A DNA stretch of 64,000 nucleotides from Mobula hypostoma (GCF_963921235.1 NC_086097.1:239880001-239944000), one strand, 5' to 3'. Shown: positions 24,050 to 37,856, counted from the stretch's first letter. Notes: generated by a model not told the origin, from the letters alone. A program made the numbers and translations.

Positions 24050-25213
24050 GATGGATTACAAATTATAGCAGGGGATAGAAAAGGCATGGCAGAAGGGCAA
24101 TGTCATGATAATCGTTGGGGATTTTAACATGAAAGAGATTGGGAAAACCAGGCCAGTACTGGACCTCAAGAGAGAGGATTTGTAGAATGTCTTAGAGATG
24201 GCTTTTTAGAGCAGCTTGTTGTTGAGCCCGCTAGGGGATTGGCTGTGCTGGATTGGGTGTTGTGCAATGATCCTGTGGTGATAAGAGAGCTTAAGGTTAA
24301 GGAATCCTGAGGGAACAGGGTCTCGGCCTGAAACGTCGACTGTACCTCTTCCTATAGATGCTGCTTGGCCTGCTGCGTTCACCAGCAACTTTGATGTGTG
24401 TTGCTTGAATTTCCAGCATCTACAGAATTCCTGTTGTTTACAATATGATTGAGTTCACTTTGAAATTTGAGAAGGAGAAACTAAATTCCAGTGTGTTGAT
24501 ATTTCAGTGGAATAAAGGAAATTACAATGGCATGAGAGGGGAACTGGCCAAGGTTGCCGAGAAAGGAACACTAGCAGGAAGGACAGCAGCATAGCAATGG
24601 CTGAAGTTTCTGCGAAAAATGAGGGAAGTGCAAGTCACATATATTCCAAATAAGAAGAAATTTTTGAATAGAAGAAGGACACTACTGTGGCTGACAAGAG
24701 AAGTCAGAGCCAAAGTAAAAGCAAAAGAGAGGGCGAACAAGGAAGCCAAAGTTAGTGGGAAGATAGAGGATTGGGAAGCTTTTAAAAACTTGCAGAAGGA
24801 AACTTAGAAGTTTATTAGGAAGAAAAAGATGAATTATGAAAGGAAGCCGGCGACTAATATCAAGGAAGGTACTAAAAGATTTTTTAAGTATATAAAGGGT
24901 AAAAGAGAGTTGAGGGTAAATATAGGACCAATAGAAAATGATGCTGGAGATAGTGTAATGAGAGACACAGAGATGGCAGAGGAACTGAATGCATATTTTG
25001 CATCAATCTTCACAGTGGAAGACGTCTGCAGTATAGCAGACATTCAAGAGTGTCAGGGAAGTGAAGTATGTGCAGTGAAAATTACAACTGAGAAGGTGCT
25101 CAGGAAGCTTAATGGTCTGAGGGTAGAAAAATCTCCTGGACCTGATGGAATGTATCCTTGGGTTCTGAAGGAAGTAGCTGGAGAGATTGCAGAGGAATTA
25201 ACAATTATCTTTC
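24050..25213 (+). mobile_element. CR1 LINE ORF2 (EN end and tether); continues at 37857
   Basis: VGDFNM, FFKYIK, LNAYFASIFT and KSPGPDG; homologous to 30195-31300. Confidence 0.85.
24317..24438 (+). mobile_element. PLE pLTR fragment nested in CR1
   Basis: AGGGTCTCGGCCT-GAAA-CGTC-GACTG (3' half of the hammerhead) followed by the pLTR sequence. Confidence 0.7.
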
Positions 25214-26939
25214 TTTTTTTCTTTCCAATACTTTTATTAGTTTCTATGTAGAAGAATAAAGAACACAAGAAAGTATATATAAAAGGTCAAAAAAGATTTT
25301 TAAAAACTACCATAAACATCCACATAACATAAAAACTATCCATAATAACAATCTCATTATGCCGTATTCATGTAAGTTAATCAAAAGTTAAATTGAAATA
25401 TACAAACCTATTACAAAAAAAGAATCTAACCCCTACCAAGACCCAAGCTGTTTATTAAGGAGAAAAAAGGTAAAATACCTTCTCATATAATAAAAAATAA
25501 TAATACCCAACATCTGAATTTAAACAATGAATTAAAAGTTTTGAAAATAATTCAGAAAAGGTCCCGACAATGTTTCAAAGTCTTGACGAGATTCTGAAAT
25601 TGAACCACGAATCTTCTCTAAATCTAAGCATGACATAACGTCGTATAACCATTGAGCATGAGTAGGAGGAAAAACATCTTTCCATTTAAACAAAAGTGCC
25701 CTCCAAGCTAAAAGAGAGTTAAAGGCCAAAATATGTAAATCAGATGTCTTCAGCTTGATATCTTGTCTGGCAACAATACCAAATAGGGCCATCAGAGGAT
25801 TAGGCTTAAAATTGACTTTGAAAAGTAAAGAAAAAGTTTGAAAAACTTCCTTCCAATATTTTTCAAGACTCAGACAAGTCCAAAACATATGAATTAATGA
25901 AGCTTCTCCATTATTGCATCTGTCACAGTAGGGTGATATATCCAACTAAAAATAAGATAGCTTATCCTTAGTCATATGAGCTCTATGTACCACCTTAAAT
26001 TGTATGAGGGAATGGCGAGCACATAACGATGAAGTATTAACCAGTTTAAAAATTTCATTCCAATTTTCCTCAGATATTGATGTCTGTAAATCTTGTTCCC
26101 AGAGATTCTTAATTTTGTCTAAAGGAACATTCTTTGTCTCCAGTAACATGCCATAAATGTTAGATATTGAACCATTATGAAAAGGTGTCAAATTGAAAAT
26201 TACGTCTACTAAGTTCTTATCTGAGCTTATAGGAAACGTGCATAATTGAGATATCAGAAAGTCTCTGATTTGTAAGTATACAAAAAAGTGAGTTTTGGGT
26301 AAGCTATATTTAGCTGACAGTTGCTCAAATGAAAAAAGATTTCCTCCAACAAACAGATCCCAAAAATATTTAATACCCAACCTGTCCCATTCTTTAAAAA
26401 CTAAATCAGTCAGTCAGTCAGTCAGTGGGTGCCGTCCCGAAACCGGGGTTGATGGCTATGCACCTCCATCTTCTTCGATCTTGCGCTCTTTTTCTGGCCT
26501 CAGCATAATTCAACCCAGTCCATTGCCTCACATTATCGTACCAAGTGGTTCGCTGCCTTCCTCTTTCCCTCTTTCCTTCTATCATCCCTTCCAGTAACAA
26601 TTTCTGCAGTCCACCACCTCTTAACAAGTGCCCGGCATGTTCCAGCTTCCTTTTCTGCACATTCTTCAGCAACTTCTTTTCTCTCCTCACTCTCTTCAAC
26701 ACTTCCATATTACTGACCTTCATCACCCATCTAATTTTCTGCATTCTCCCTAAACACCACATTTAAAATGCATCCAGTCGTCGTTGTGCTTCCTTGCATA
26801 AGGTCCGTGATTCGACTCCATACAACAGACTGCTCCAGGCGTAGCATTTCCAAATTCTACAACGCAGCCCAAAGTCTAACCTCTTGCCACACAGCACGTC
26901 ACTCAGGCTCCAGAACGTTGATCTTGCAATCTCAATTAG

Positions 26940-28770
26940 TTACCAGAGTTACCATAGGAACTACAGCACAGAAACAGGCCTTTTGGCCCTTCTTAGCTGT
27001 ACCGAACCATTTTTTGCCTAGTCCCACTGACCTGCACACGGACCATATCTCTCCATACACCTCCCATCCATGTATCTGTCCAATTTATTCTCAAATGTTA
27101 AAAAAAACCCGCATTTACCACCTCATCTGGCAGCTCATTCCATACTCCCACCACCCTCTGTGTGAAGAAGCCCCCACTAATGTTCCCTTTAAACTTTTCC
27201 CCCCTCACATTTAACCCATGTCCTCTGGTTTTTTTCTCCCCTTGCCTCAGTGGAAAAAGCCTGCTTGCATTCACTCTATCTATACCCAACATAATTTTAT
27301 ATACCTCTATCAAATCTCCCCTCATTCTTCTAAGCTCCAGGGAATAAAGTCCTAACCTATCCAACCTTTCTCTGTAACTGAGTTTCTCAAGTCCTGGCAA
27401 CATCCTTGTAAACCTTCTCTGCACTCTTTCAACCTTATTTATATCCTTCCTGTAATTTGGTAACCAAAACTGAATACAATACTCCAGATTCGGCCTCACC
27501 AATGCCTTATACAACCTCATCATAACATTCCAGCTCTTATACTCAATACTTTGATTAATAAAGGCCAATGTACCAAAAGCTCTCTTTACGACCCTATCTA
27601 CTCGTGACACCACTTTTAGGGAATTTTGTATCTGTATTCCCAGATCCCTCTGTTCCACTGCACTCCTCAGTGCCTTACCATTAACCCTGTATGTTCTACC
27701 TTGGTTTGTCCTTCCAACGTGCAATACCTCACACTTGTCTGTATTAAACTCCATCTGCCATTTTTCAGCCCATTTTTCCAGCTGGTCCAAGTCCCTCTGC
27801 AGGCTCTGTAAACCTTCCTCACTGTCTACTACACCTCCAATCTTTGTATCATCAGCAAATTTGCTGATCCAATTTACCACATCATCATCCAGATCATTGA
27901 TATAGATGACAAATAACAATGGACCCAGCACTGATCCCTGTGGCACACCACTAGTCACAGGCCTCCACTCAGAGAAGCAATTCTCTACTACCACTCTTTG
28001 GCTTCTTCCATTGAGCCAATGTCTAATTCAATTTACCACCTCTCCATGTATACCTAGCAACTGAATTTTCCTAACTAACCTCCCATGCAGGACCTTGTCA
28101 AAGGCCTTACTGAAATCCATGTAGACAATATCCACTGCCTTCCCTTCATCCACTTTCCTGGTAACCTCCTGGAAAAACTCCAATAGATTGGTCAAACATG
28201 ACCTACCACGCACAAAGCCATGTTAACTCTCCCTAATAAGTCCCTGTCTATCCAAATGCTTGTAGATTCTGTCTCTTAGTACTTCCTCCAATAACTTACC
28301 TACTACCGACGTTAAACTCACCGGCCTACAATTTCCCGGATTACTTTTCGATCCTTTTTTAAACAACGGAACAACATGAGCCACTCTCCAATCCTCCGGC
28401 ACCTCACCCATAGACAGTGACATTTTAAATATTTCTGCCAGGGCCCCCGCAATTTCAACACTAGTCTCCTTCAAGGTCCGAGGGAACACTCTGTCAGGTC
28501 CCGGGGATTTATCCACATTAATTTTCCTCAAGACAGCAAGCACCTCCTCCTTTTCAATCTGTACAGTTTCCATGATCTCACTATTTGATTCCCTCAATTC
28601 CATAGACTTTATGCCAGTTTCCTTATTAAATACAGACGCAAAAAACCTATTTAAGATCTCCCCCATTTCCTTTGGTTCCGCACATAGCCAACCACTCTGA
28701 TCTTCAGGAGGACCAATTTTATCCCTTACAATCCTTTTGCTCTTAATATACCTGTAAAAGCTCTTTGGAT
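26940..28770 (-). mobile_element. 5'-truncated CR1 LINE
   Basis: ORFs 27098-27994 (SGVPQGSVLGP, KFADDTK), 28028-28213 and 28223-28770. Confidence 0.9.
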
Positions 28771-31700
28771 TATAAGACCATAAGACCATAAGACAAAGGA
28801 GCAGAAGTAGGCCATTCGGCCCATCGAGTCTGCTCCGCCATTTTATCATGAGCTGATCCATTTTCTCCTATTTAGTCCCACTCCCCTGACTTCTCACCAT
28901 AATCTTTGATGCCCTGGCTACTCAGATACCTATCAATCTCTGCCTTAAATACACCCAATGACTTGGCCTCCACTGCTGCCCGTGGCAACAATTCCATAGA
29001 TTCACCACTAAAAAAATTTCTTCGCATTTCTGTTCTGAAAGGGCGCCCTTCAATCCTTAAGTCATGCCCTCTTGTACTAAACTCCCCCATCATGGGAAAC
29101 AATTTTGCAACATCCACTCTGTCCATGCCTTTTAACATTTGAAATGTTTCTATGAGGTCTCCCCTCATTCTTCTAAACTCCAAGGAATACAGTCCAAGAG
29201 CGGAAAAAACATTCCTCATATGTTATCCCTCTCATTCCTGGAATCATTCTAGTGAATCTTCTCTGTACCCTCTCCAACGTCAGCACATCCTTTCTTAAAT
29301 AAGGAGACCAAAACTGCCCACAGTACTCCAAGTGAGGTCTCACCAGCACCTTATCAACATCACATCCCTGCTCCTATACTCTATTCCTCTAGAAATGAAT
29401 GCCAACATTGCATTCGCCTTCTTCACTACTGACTCAACCTGGAGGTTAACTTTAAGGGTATCCTGTACGAGGACTCCCAATTCCCCTTGCAACTCAGAAC
29501 TTTGAATTCTTTCCCCATTTAAATAATAGTCTGCCCGTTTATTTTTTCTGCCAAAGTGCATAACCATACACTTTCCAACATTGTACTTCATTTGCCACTT
29601 CTCTGCCCATTCTTCCAACCTATCCAAGTCTCTCTGGAGACTCTCTGTTTCCTCAGCACTACCGGCCCCTCCACCTATCTTCATATCATCAGCAAACTTA
29701 GCCACAAAGCCATCTATTCCATAATCTAAATCGTTGATATACAATGTAAAAAGAAGCGACCCCAACACTGATCCCTGTGGAACGCCACTGGTAACCGGCA
29801 GCCAACCAGAATAGGATCCCTTTATTCCCACTCTCTGTTTCCTGCCAATCAGCCAACGTTCTATCCACGTATGTAACTTTCCCGTAATTCCATGGGCTCT
29901 TATCTTGTTAAGTAGCCACATGTGTGGCACCTTGTCAAAGGCCTTCTGAAAATCCAAATATACAACATCCACTGCATCTCCCTTGTCTAGCCTACTGGTA
30001 ATTTCCTCAAAAAATTGTAATAGGTTTTCAGGCAGGATTTTCCTTTAAGGAATCCATGCTGAGTTCTGCCTATCTTGTCATATGCCTCCAGATACTCTGT
30101 AACCTCATCCTTGACAATCGACTCCAACAACTTCCCAACCACCGATGTCAAGCTAACAGATCCATAATTTCCTTTTTGCTTCCTTGCCCCCTTCTTAAAT
30201 AGCGGAGTGACATTTGCAATCTTCCAGTCCTCCGGAAACATGCCAGAATCTATCGACTTTTGAAAGATCATCGCTAATGCCTCCGCAATCTACTTCCTTC
30301 AGAACACAAGGGTGCATTCCATCTGGTCCAGGAGATTTATCTACCTTTAGCCTATTCAGCTTCCTGAGTACTTTCTCTGTCGTAATTGTGACTGCGCACA
30401 CTTCTCTTCCCTGCCACCCTTGAGTGTCCGGTATACTGCTGTCTTCCTCAGTGAAGACTGATGCAAAATACTTGTTCAGTTCCTCTGCCATCTCCTCATC
30501 TCCCAATACAATTTCTCCAGCATCATTTTCTATCGGTCCTCTATCTACTCTCACCTGTCTTTTACTCTTTATATACTTGAAAAAGCTTTTAGTATCCTCT
30601 TCGATATTATTTGCTAGCTTCCTTTCATAGTTCATCTTTTCTCCCTTAATGACCTTGTTGGTTTCCTTTTGTGAGGTTTTAAAAACTTCCCAATCCTCTC
30701 TCTTCCCACCAATTTTTGCTTCCTTGTATGCCCTCTCTTTTGCTTTAACTTTGGCTTTGACTTCTCTTGTCAACCACGGTTGCATCCTTTTTCCACTCGA
30801 AAATTTCTTCTTTTTTGGAATATACCTGTCTTGCACATTCCTCATTTCTCGCATAAACTCCAGCCACTGCTGCTCTGCTGTCTTTCCCGCCAGTGTCCCT
30901 TTCCAGTCAACTTTGGCCGGTTCCTCTCTAATGCCACTGTAATTTCCTTTACTCCACTGAAATACCGACACATCAGATTTCAGCTTCTCTTTTTCTAATT
31001 TCACAGTGAACTCAGTCATGTTATGATCACTGCCTCCTAAGGGTTCCTTCACCTCAATCTCTCCAATCACCTCCGGTTCATTACACAATACCCAATCCAG
31101 TACAGCCGATCCCCTAGTAGGCTCAACAACAAGCTGTTCTAAAAAGCCATCTCGCAGACATTCTACAAATTCTCTCTCTTGAGATCCAGTGCCGACCTGA
31201 TTTTCTCAATCTACTCGCATGTTAAAATCCCCCACAATTATCATAACACTGCCCTTCTGACAAGCCTTTTCTATTTCCAGTTGTAATTTGTAGTCCACAT
31301 CCCTGCAGCTGTTTGGAGGCCTATAAATAACTGCCATCAGGGTCCTTTTACCCCTGCGATTTCTTAGCTCAACCCATAAAGATTCTGCACCTTCCGATCC
31401 TATATCACCTCTTCCTAATGATTTAATATCATTTCTTACCAATAAAGCCATGCCTCCCCCTCTGCCTTCCTTCCTATCCTTCCGATACACCGTGTATCCT
31501 TGGACGTTCAGCTCCCAGAGACATGCATCCTTTAGCCAGGTCTCAGTGATGGCCACAATATCATACCTGCCAATCTGTAGCTGTACAACAAGATCATCCA
31601 CCTTATTCCTTATGCTGCGTGCATTTAAGTACAACACCTTAAGACCAGTATTTGATACTTTTTGCTTTGATTTCACTGCAACTTTATTGCACTGCAACTC

Positions 31701-31918
31701 ATCCCAATGGCTACAAATTTGCCCCATCACCTGCCTGTCTTTCCTGACATCTTTACTGCTCACTATCTTAGATTTATTTCTGTTTTCCTCTTCCTACACT
31801 CTATCATTCCAGTTCCCATCCCCCTGCCAAATTAGTTTAAACCCTCCCTAACAGCTCTATTAAAATTTCCCGCCAGGATATTGGTCCCCTTCGGGTTCAG
31901 GTGTAAACTGTCCTTTAA
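28771..31918 (-). mobile_element. CR1 LINE with most of ORF2 and the end of ORF1 (SGNH-esterase-like)
   Basis: EN LYLNARSI..ITETW..IYRPP..GDFN, RT FADD and (ATAAGACC)n tail. At about 31835-31915, KDSLHLNPKGTNILAGNF..EGLN*. Confidence 0.9.
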
Positions 31919-34900
31919 ACCTATTTTGTACCGCTGCAGATAATCTTTCACTATACTCGTTCTTCTTCAGTAAGTCCATATTCAGCCTGGCTTTCTTGGT
32001 TGCAGCCTTAATCTTTGTCTTTAGTGCAGTCTTCATCCTAACAACCACTGGGTTGTAATCTGAGCCTATATCGGCACCTGGATATGTCTTGGCCATCCTA
32101 ATACTTCTCCTGAAGCGTTTCCTCACTGCAATATAGTCAATTTGCCTCCTTCCAGTATCCCCAGGCTTCTTCGAAAAATCAATGAAGACTTCAAAAGGAT
32201 TTTGGCTTGAAGCCCAAGCGAAAAGAGGAGGTCCAGTGAGATTCAGCGGGAGGCAAGTGCCCGGTGTACAACTTAAAACACCGATGCCATCGACGCAGAA
32301 GCTCTCCTGGGAGCCGAGCGGGTGAACAGCCGTCACATCCCTGCTACTGGTAACCATGTGATCCAGTACAACCTGTTCATGGTCGGGTGGTCGGCAGCTA
32401 AACCGGCTCCCCCACCGGACCCAGTCTGGTGAGGAGGGTGTGAGGACATCCAGCAGGACTAAAAACAAGGCTTGACAAAGGGTGCATGAGCTGCTTGTGA
32501 GCCAATGGCCATCTTCCGTGGAAGAGGTTAAAGCCTCACCACGTATCTCCCTCTTACAAATCATATGCTATGCACTTAGTTTGAAGAGACATGCGTTGTG
32601 CAGATGAACCTGGGCCCCTTGCAGGCGATTCTGCGGTACGTAGCCACAAGGAAGAAGATAACGACCTTGGGAATTGTAGGTCTGTTGGGAATGAACGCGG
32701 CACACCAAATCCGAAAGGACGTGTGGCACTGGCTAATGATAGACTGAAAACTAGGGGAAGTGTCTTACGGATAGAGACATGGAATGTTCAAACAATGTAT
32801 CAAGCAGGGAAGCTTGATAATGCAATCCTTGAGATATCTCAAATGAAGCTGGATACTATGGGAGTAAGCAAGGTCCGTTGGACAGAGGCTGGAACAGTTG
32901 ACAAGAATGATTTTGCGATGATATACTCTGGAGGACAGAGCCATGCCAATGGCATTGAAGTGATTATGAAGAAGAAATTCTACATTGCAATGGATGGGTT
33001 TTGGTCTATATCTGATAGAGTCTTAATAGTAAAATTAAAAGGAAAGCCTTTCGATGTTATGATAGTCCAAGTGTATGCACCAACAGGTGAACGTGAGGAT
33101 GAAGAGGTGGAACGGTTTTACGAAGACATAGAATCTGCTTTAAATAATGCAAAGAGCTCTGATGTGCTTTTCGTTATGGGAGATCTGAATGCTAGAGTAG
33201 GTAACGTGAAATACAAGGATATCATTGGTCAGTATGGCTTAGATGAGAGAAATGAAAGCGGGGAGGATTTATACAATTTTGTGAACAGTATGAGCTGATA
33301 GAAGCAAACACATGGTTCAAATTACCCAAATGAAAATCAGTCATGGAGGGTTTAAAAAAATAGTTAGAATAAGTGGGACTTGAAAGGGAAAATCTCAATA
33401 AACCAAAGTGTTTTCTAAATTGTATCCAGATCCTCAGAGTGTGTTTAACTATTAAGTTATCAGATAGTTTACTTGCAGATAAAGGAAATGAGGATCCAAG
33501 AAGAGAAATAATAGAAAATGTATTAACAGAGTTAGCTTCTAAAGAAACCCATACCGGACAGTCTACACGATTAATATAATATAGCCAAAACGTAAGATAT
33601 CATATATTAACTGCCCAGTAATAAAACCTAAAATTAGGTAAGGCTAAACCTCCAGACTTTTTAGATTTTTGAAGATGAACTTTACTTATTCGAGGATGTT
33701 TATTTTCCATATATAAGAGGACAAAATAGAATCAAGAGAGTCAAAAAAGGATTTAGGAATAAAAACGGGTAAAGCCTGAAAAAGATATGTAAATTTAGGT
33801 AGAATATTAATTTTAATAGAATTGATTCATCCAATCAATGATATTGAAAGAGGTGACCAATTTAATGATATTCTTTTTACATGGTTCAATAAAGTAAGGA
33901 AATTTTATTTAAACAAGTGTTTGTAATCCTTAGTGACTGTTACACCCAAATAAGTAAATTGATTCCTTACAATTTTAAAAGAGAGATTAGTATTAATTGA
34001 TACCAAATTATTTAAAGGAAATAATTCACTCTTATGTAGGTTCAAATTATATCCTGAAAACTGCCTAGAACGGGAGAGTAAAGAAAGTACGTAGGGTAAC
34101 GAGGTCTCAACATTAGAGATAAAAAGCAATATATCATCAGCGAAAAGCAAGATTTTGTAAGTAAAACCTCTCCTTAAAATACCACAGATATCATTAGATT
34201 CTCAAAAAGCAAGGGCTAGGGTTTCTAAAGCTAAATCAAAGAGCAAAGGACTCAACGGACAACCTTGTCTAGTTCCGTGGTGAAGTTTAAATGGTTTGGA
34301 ATTTTGAAAATTAATAAGAACCTGAGCAGAAGGAGATAGGTAAAGTAATTTAATCTATTGAATAGAATCTGGTCCAAAATTAAATTTTTCTAAGGTCTTA
34401 AATAAATAATTCCATTCAACCTGATCGAAGGCCTTCTCTGCACCTAAGGATATCACACATTCCGATATCTCATGAGAAGGAGAGTAAATAACATTTAAGA
34501 CATGGCATATATTAAAATGGGAATGTCAGTTTTTAATAAATCCAGTCTGATCATCAGAGATAATAGAAGGTAAGATATTTCCAATCCTACAAGACAGAAC
34601 TTTAGAAGGGATTTTAATATCGACATTGAGTAATGAAATTGGTCTATACAAAGAGCATTCAGTTGGGTCCTTGTTCTTTTTTAGAATAAACAAAATAGAA
34701 GCTTCACAGAAAGATTAAGGCAAGCTACCCAATTTGAAAGAATCCAAAAAGACTAAGTATAACCGCGGTCTAATTAATAAGGAAAAAAGCCTTATAAAAT
34801 TCTCCAGAAAATCCACTTGGACCTGAAGCCTTCCCCGGGTGTAATGAATGTATAGCCTTGGCAATTTCCTCATTAGAAATGGGTTGATCCATCTTTTTGC

Positions 34901-37856
34901 AATTATCTGCAGAAAGAGCAGGGATATTTAATTGATCTAGAAAATTATTCATTATAGTGCTATCTTTAGGGGAATCAGAACTATAAAGTTTAGAATAGAA
35001 TTCTCTAAAGGTATCATTTATTTCAGAGTGATCAGTTGTCCTATCACCATTAGTTTTATAAATTTCTTTAATTTGTCGTTTAACTACAGAAGTTTTTAAT
35101 TGGTTGGTCAATACTTTGCCTGATTTATTTCCATGAATGTAAAATTGAGTTTTATCTATAAGAAGTTGAGTTTCAATGGGATATGTTAACAGAAGGTCAT
35201 ATTTAGTTTTAACTTCAACACATCTTTTATATAAAACAGGATCTGGAGCTATAGCATATTTTTGATCTAATTGTTTCAATTGATTGGCTATTTCAGTTCT
35301 TTCTTTAGCTTTATCCTTAACACTCGCAGTATAAGAAATAATTTGTCCTCTAATATAGACCTTGAAAGTATCTCATGCAATAAGATTAGAAGTCTCTTCC
35401 TTTTTAATCTCCTCAAAAAACAAAATAATATGCCTCTCTAGAAATTTTTAAAATTCCTTATCAGATAACAGTGTTGTATTAAAACGCCAAAATCTGTTTG
35501 TTTGAGGAAGACCAGGGAGATATAAAGATAGAAATACAGGAGCATGATCTGAGACAGCAATCTTTTTATATTCACAGGAACGAACTGATGAAATCATTTG
35601 ACTCTCGATAAAAAAAATCAATCCTGGAATATGTATGATGGACATGGGTAAAAAACAAATACTCCCTATCTAAAGGGTGTAAAAAAAGCTGAACAACAAA
35701 AATACCACACTTCAATTGAAAAGATTGAATAAACAAAGCTGATTTATTAAGAGACACTGGTTTAGAAGATGATTGGGCTAAAACTGGGTCTAGCCAACAG
35801 TTAAAATCTCCTCCCATCACCAGAGAATACCAGAGAATAAAGACTCAGATATGGTAAAAACAAAAAAAAAATGCTCAAAGAAACCTGACCATCTACATTT
35901 GGGGCATACACATTGGCAAATACTATTAATTTATTATCTAGTTTTCCTGAAGCTATAACAAAACGTCCATTGGTATCCGACACTGCTTTATGTTGGACAA
36001 AGGAAAGTGTATTACCTATAAGAATTGAAACTCCTCTAGATTTGGCCTGAAAAGAAGAATGAAAACAAAGCCCATTCCAACGGCTAAGGAAAATGTAAAT
36101 TATCACATTTGCGTATGTAAGTTTCTTGTTAGAAAATGACAGGGACCTTAAATTTCTTAATATAAGCAAAAATCTTATTATGTTTAACAGGGTGATTTAA
36201 CCCTTTCATGTTAAAACTGAGTAAATTAATAGTTTGGTCTATTTTTAATATTATTTAAAGGAAGGGTTAAAATGTAAGTTAAAACCAACCCATAAACCTT
36301 GAGAAATGGTAATCAAGCAACAAGTTGACTACACATTCGAAAACAGCTTCTGAGAAAAAAAAATACCCCCACCCACCTCCCAAAGAAAGAAGGCCGACCA
36401 ATAGAAAGCCCGCATCTACAACTACGGACAACCACCCAAAAAACCTGATGATCGCTCCAATTAGTTTCAAGGTTATTTATATTCCAACGCAACATCCAAA
36501 CAAGAAATTCAACTCTCGTATATCAAAAATACAGTATTAAAAATACGAAAGGAAATTAGTTACAAAGGTTTACCAAAAGTAAAAGATGCAATTATTCATA
36601 CGGAAAGACATTAAACATTAATCTTGTATCTTCATGAAAAAACAGACTAAGCAGTTAGCCTTCAAATTTAAAAAATCTTTGTGCTTCAGCATTCAAACGA
36701 AACCATTCGAAGGATCCAACCTTAATGAGATTCTCAGTCAAACTGGGTAGCCAGGGGACAGCTTGAAACCCTTGTTAAAAAAAAATCCAACAAAGCTTGT
36801 TTAAACTTAGCACATTCCTGCATAACCTCAAATGAATAATCTTCGAGAATCTTAATATTCCAACCTATAACCAATCATGCCCCTTCGACAGGATCCGTGA
36901 ATTAAAAGTTTCTCATTTAATCTTGTGTCTCCATGTAAAGACAAATTAAATAGCTAGCCTTCGGATTTTAAAAACCTTTGTGCTTCAACAGTTGAATGGA
37001 ACCATTTGAAAGATCCATTTTTAAGTGTGATTCTGAGTCGGGCTGGGTAGCTAAGGGAAGGCTTGAAACCCTTATTAAAAAGCTCGGACATAACTTCTTT
37101 GAATTTAGCATGTTCCTGCAAAACCTCAGGTGAGTAAACTGTGACAATTCTAATCTTACAACTATTATAGTCAATCATACCTTTTTGACGAGATTCGCGA
37201 ATTAACAGTTCCTTTGTTTTAAATTCATGAAAACAGATTATTACTCATTTTGGTCTATCTCTATTAGGTCTAAACACAGGAGATCTGTGAACTCAATTAA
37301 TCATAGGCAAAGACGTCAAAATTTCTGGAAATAATTCTTGCAAAAAGTTTGCAAAAAATTCCATAGGATGATTACCTTTGATTAATTCTTCGAGACCCAG
37401 AACCCTTAGGTTGTTTCTCCTACTTCTATTTTCTAGGTTGATCATCTTCTGTCTTAACTTTTCATTGGACTTTGATTGCTTTTCACAAAGCTTTTGCAAT
37501 TCATCCACTTCCGTTTCCAGAGACGTCAAAATTGCTTTATTATTTTTATACGTTTATCGTATTCATTAAGAGTTTGTTGAATAGAATCCAATATACCATC
37601 TATTTGTTTAAATTCAGAGCTGAATTGTTGAAACTTCTCAGAGGCTTCTCGTGTATGACTTTGCAGCAAATCTATAATAGAATCCAAAGAAGCAGGGAGA
37701 TCATCCTTTTTAGTACCTCTGGCACTCATTGCAGTCATAATGAAAGAATATCGCACTTAAAAAAGAAGTTTCAGGACAGGCTGGAAATGGTAAGATAATC
37801 AGAGTTGGAGCAACGCCAGATTGCTGTTACTCCATCAGCCACCACCAGGAAAAAAA

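Larger units (their letters stand above)
26413..33333 (-). mobile_element. RTE LINE with inverted 5' segment, nested in L1, 10-bp TSD
   Basis: 3' end 26413-26937 (-) with (CTGA)n tail. EN C-terminus about 31918-32171 (-) RQIDYI..TYPGADIGSD. 5' UTR plus EN N-terminus about 32172-33333 (+) TWNV..QVYAPT..MGDLNA. TSD AAATCAGTCA at 26403-26412 and 33334-33343. Confidence 0.85.
25214..37856 (-). mobile_element. Near-full-length degenerate L1-clade LINE (~5.7 kb net) with 14-bp TSD
   Basis: ORF1 LENRSRRNNLRVLG (37756-36954). ORF2 EN (GLNHPVK, NVYAPN, GGDFN, SDHAPV), RT LFADDILL and C-terminal CDRC...HMFWTC. AATAAA plus A-tail. TSD AACAAT(T/G)ATCTTTC at 25200-25213 and 37857-37870. Confidence 0.9.

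Noticed and set aside
31860..32564. 234-aa ORF as a novel protein
   Set aside because: Chance read-through across antisense RTE 5' UTR, RTE endonuclease and an out-of-frame CR1 ORF1 end.
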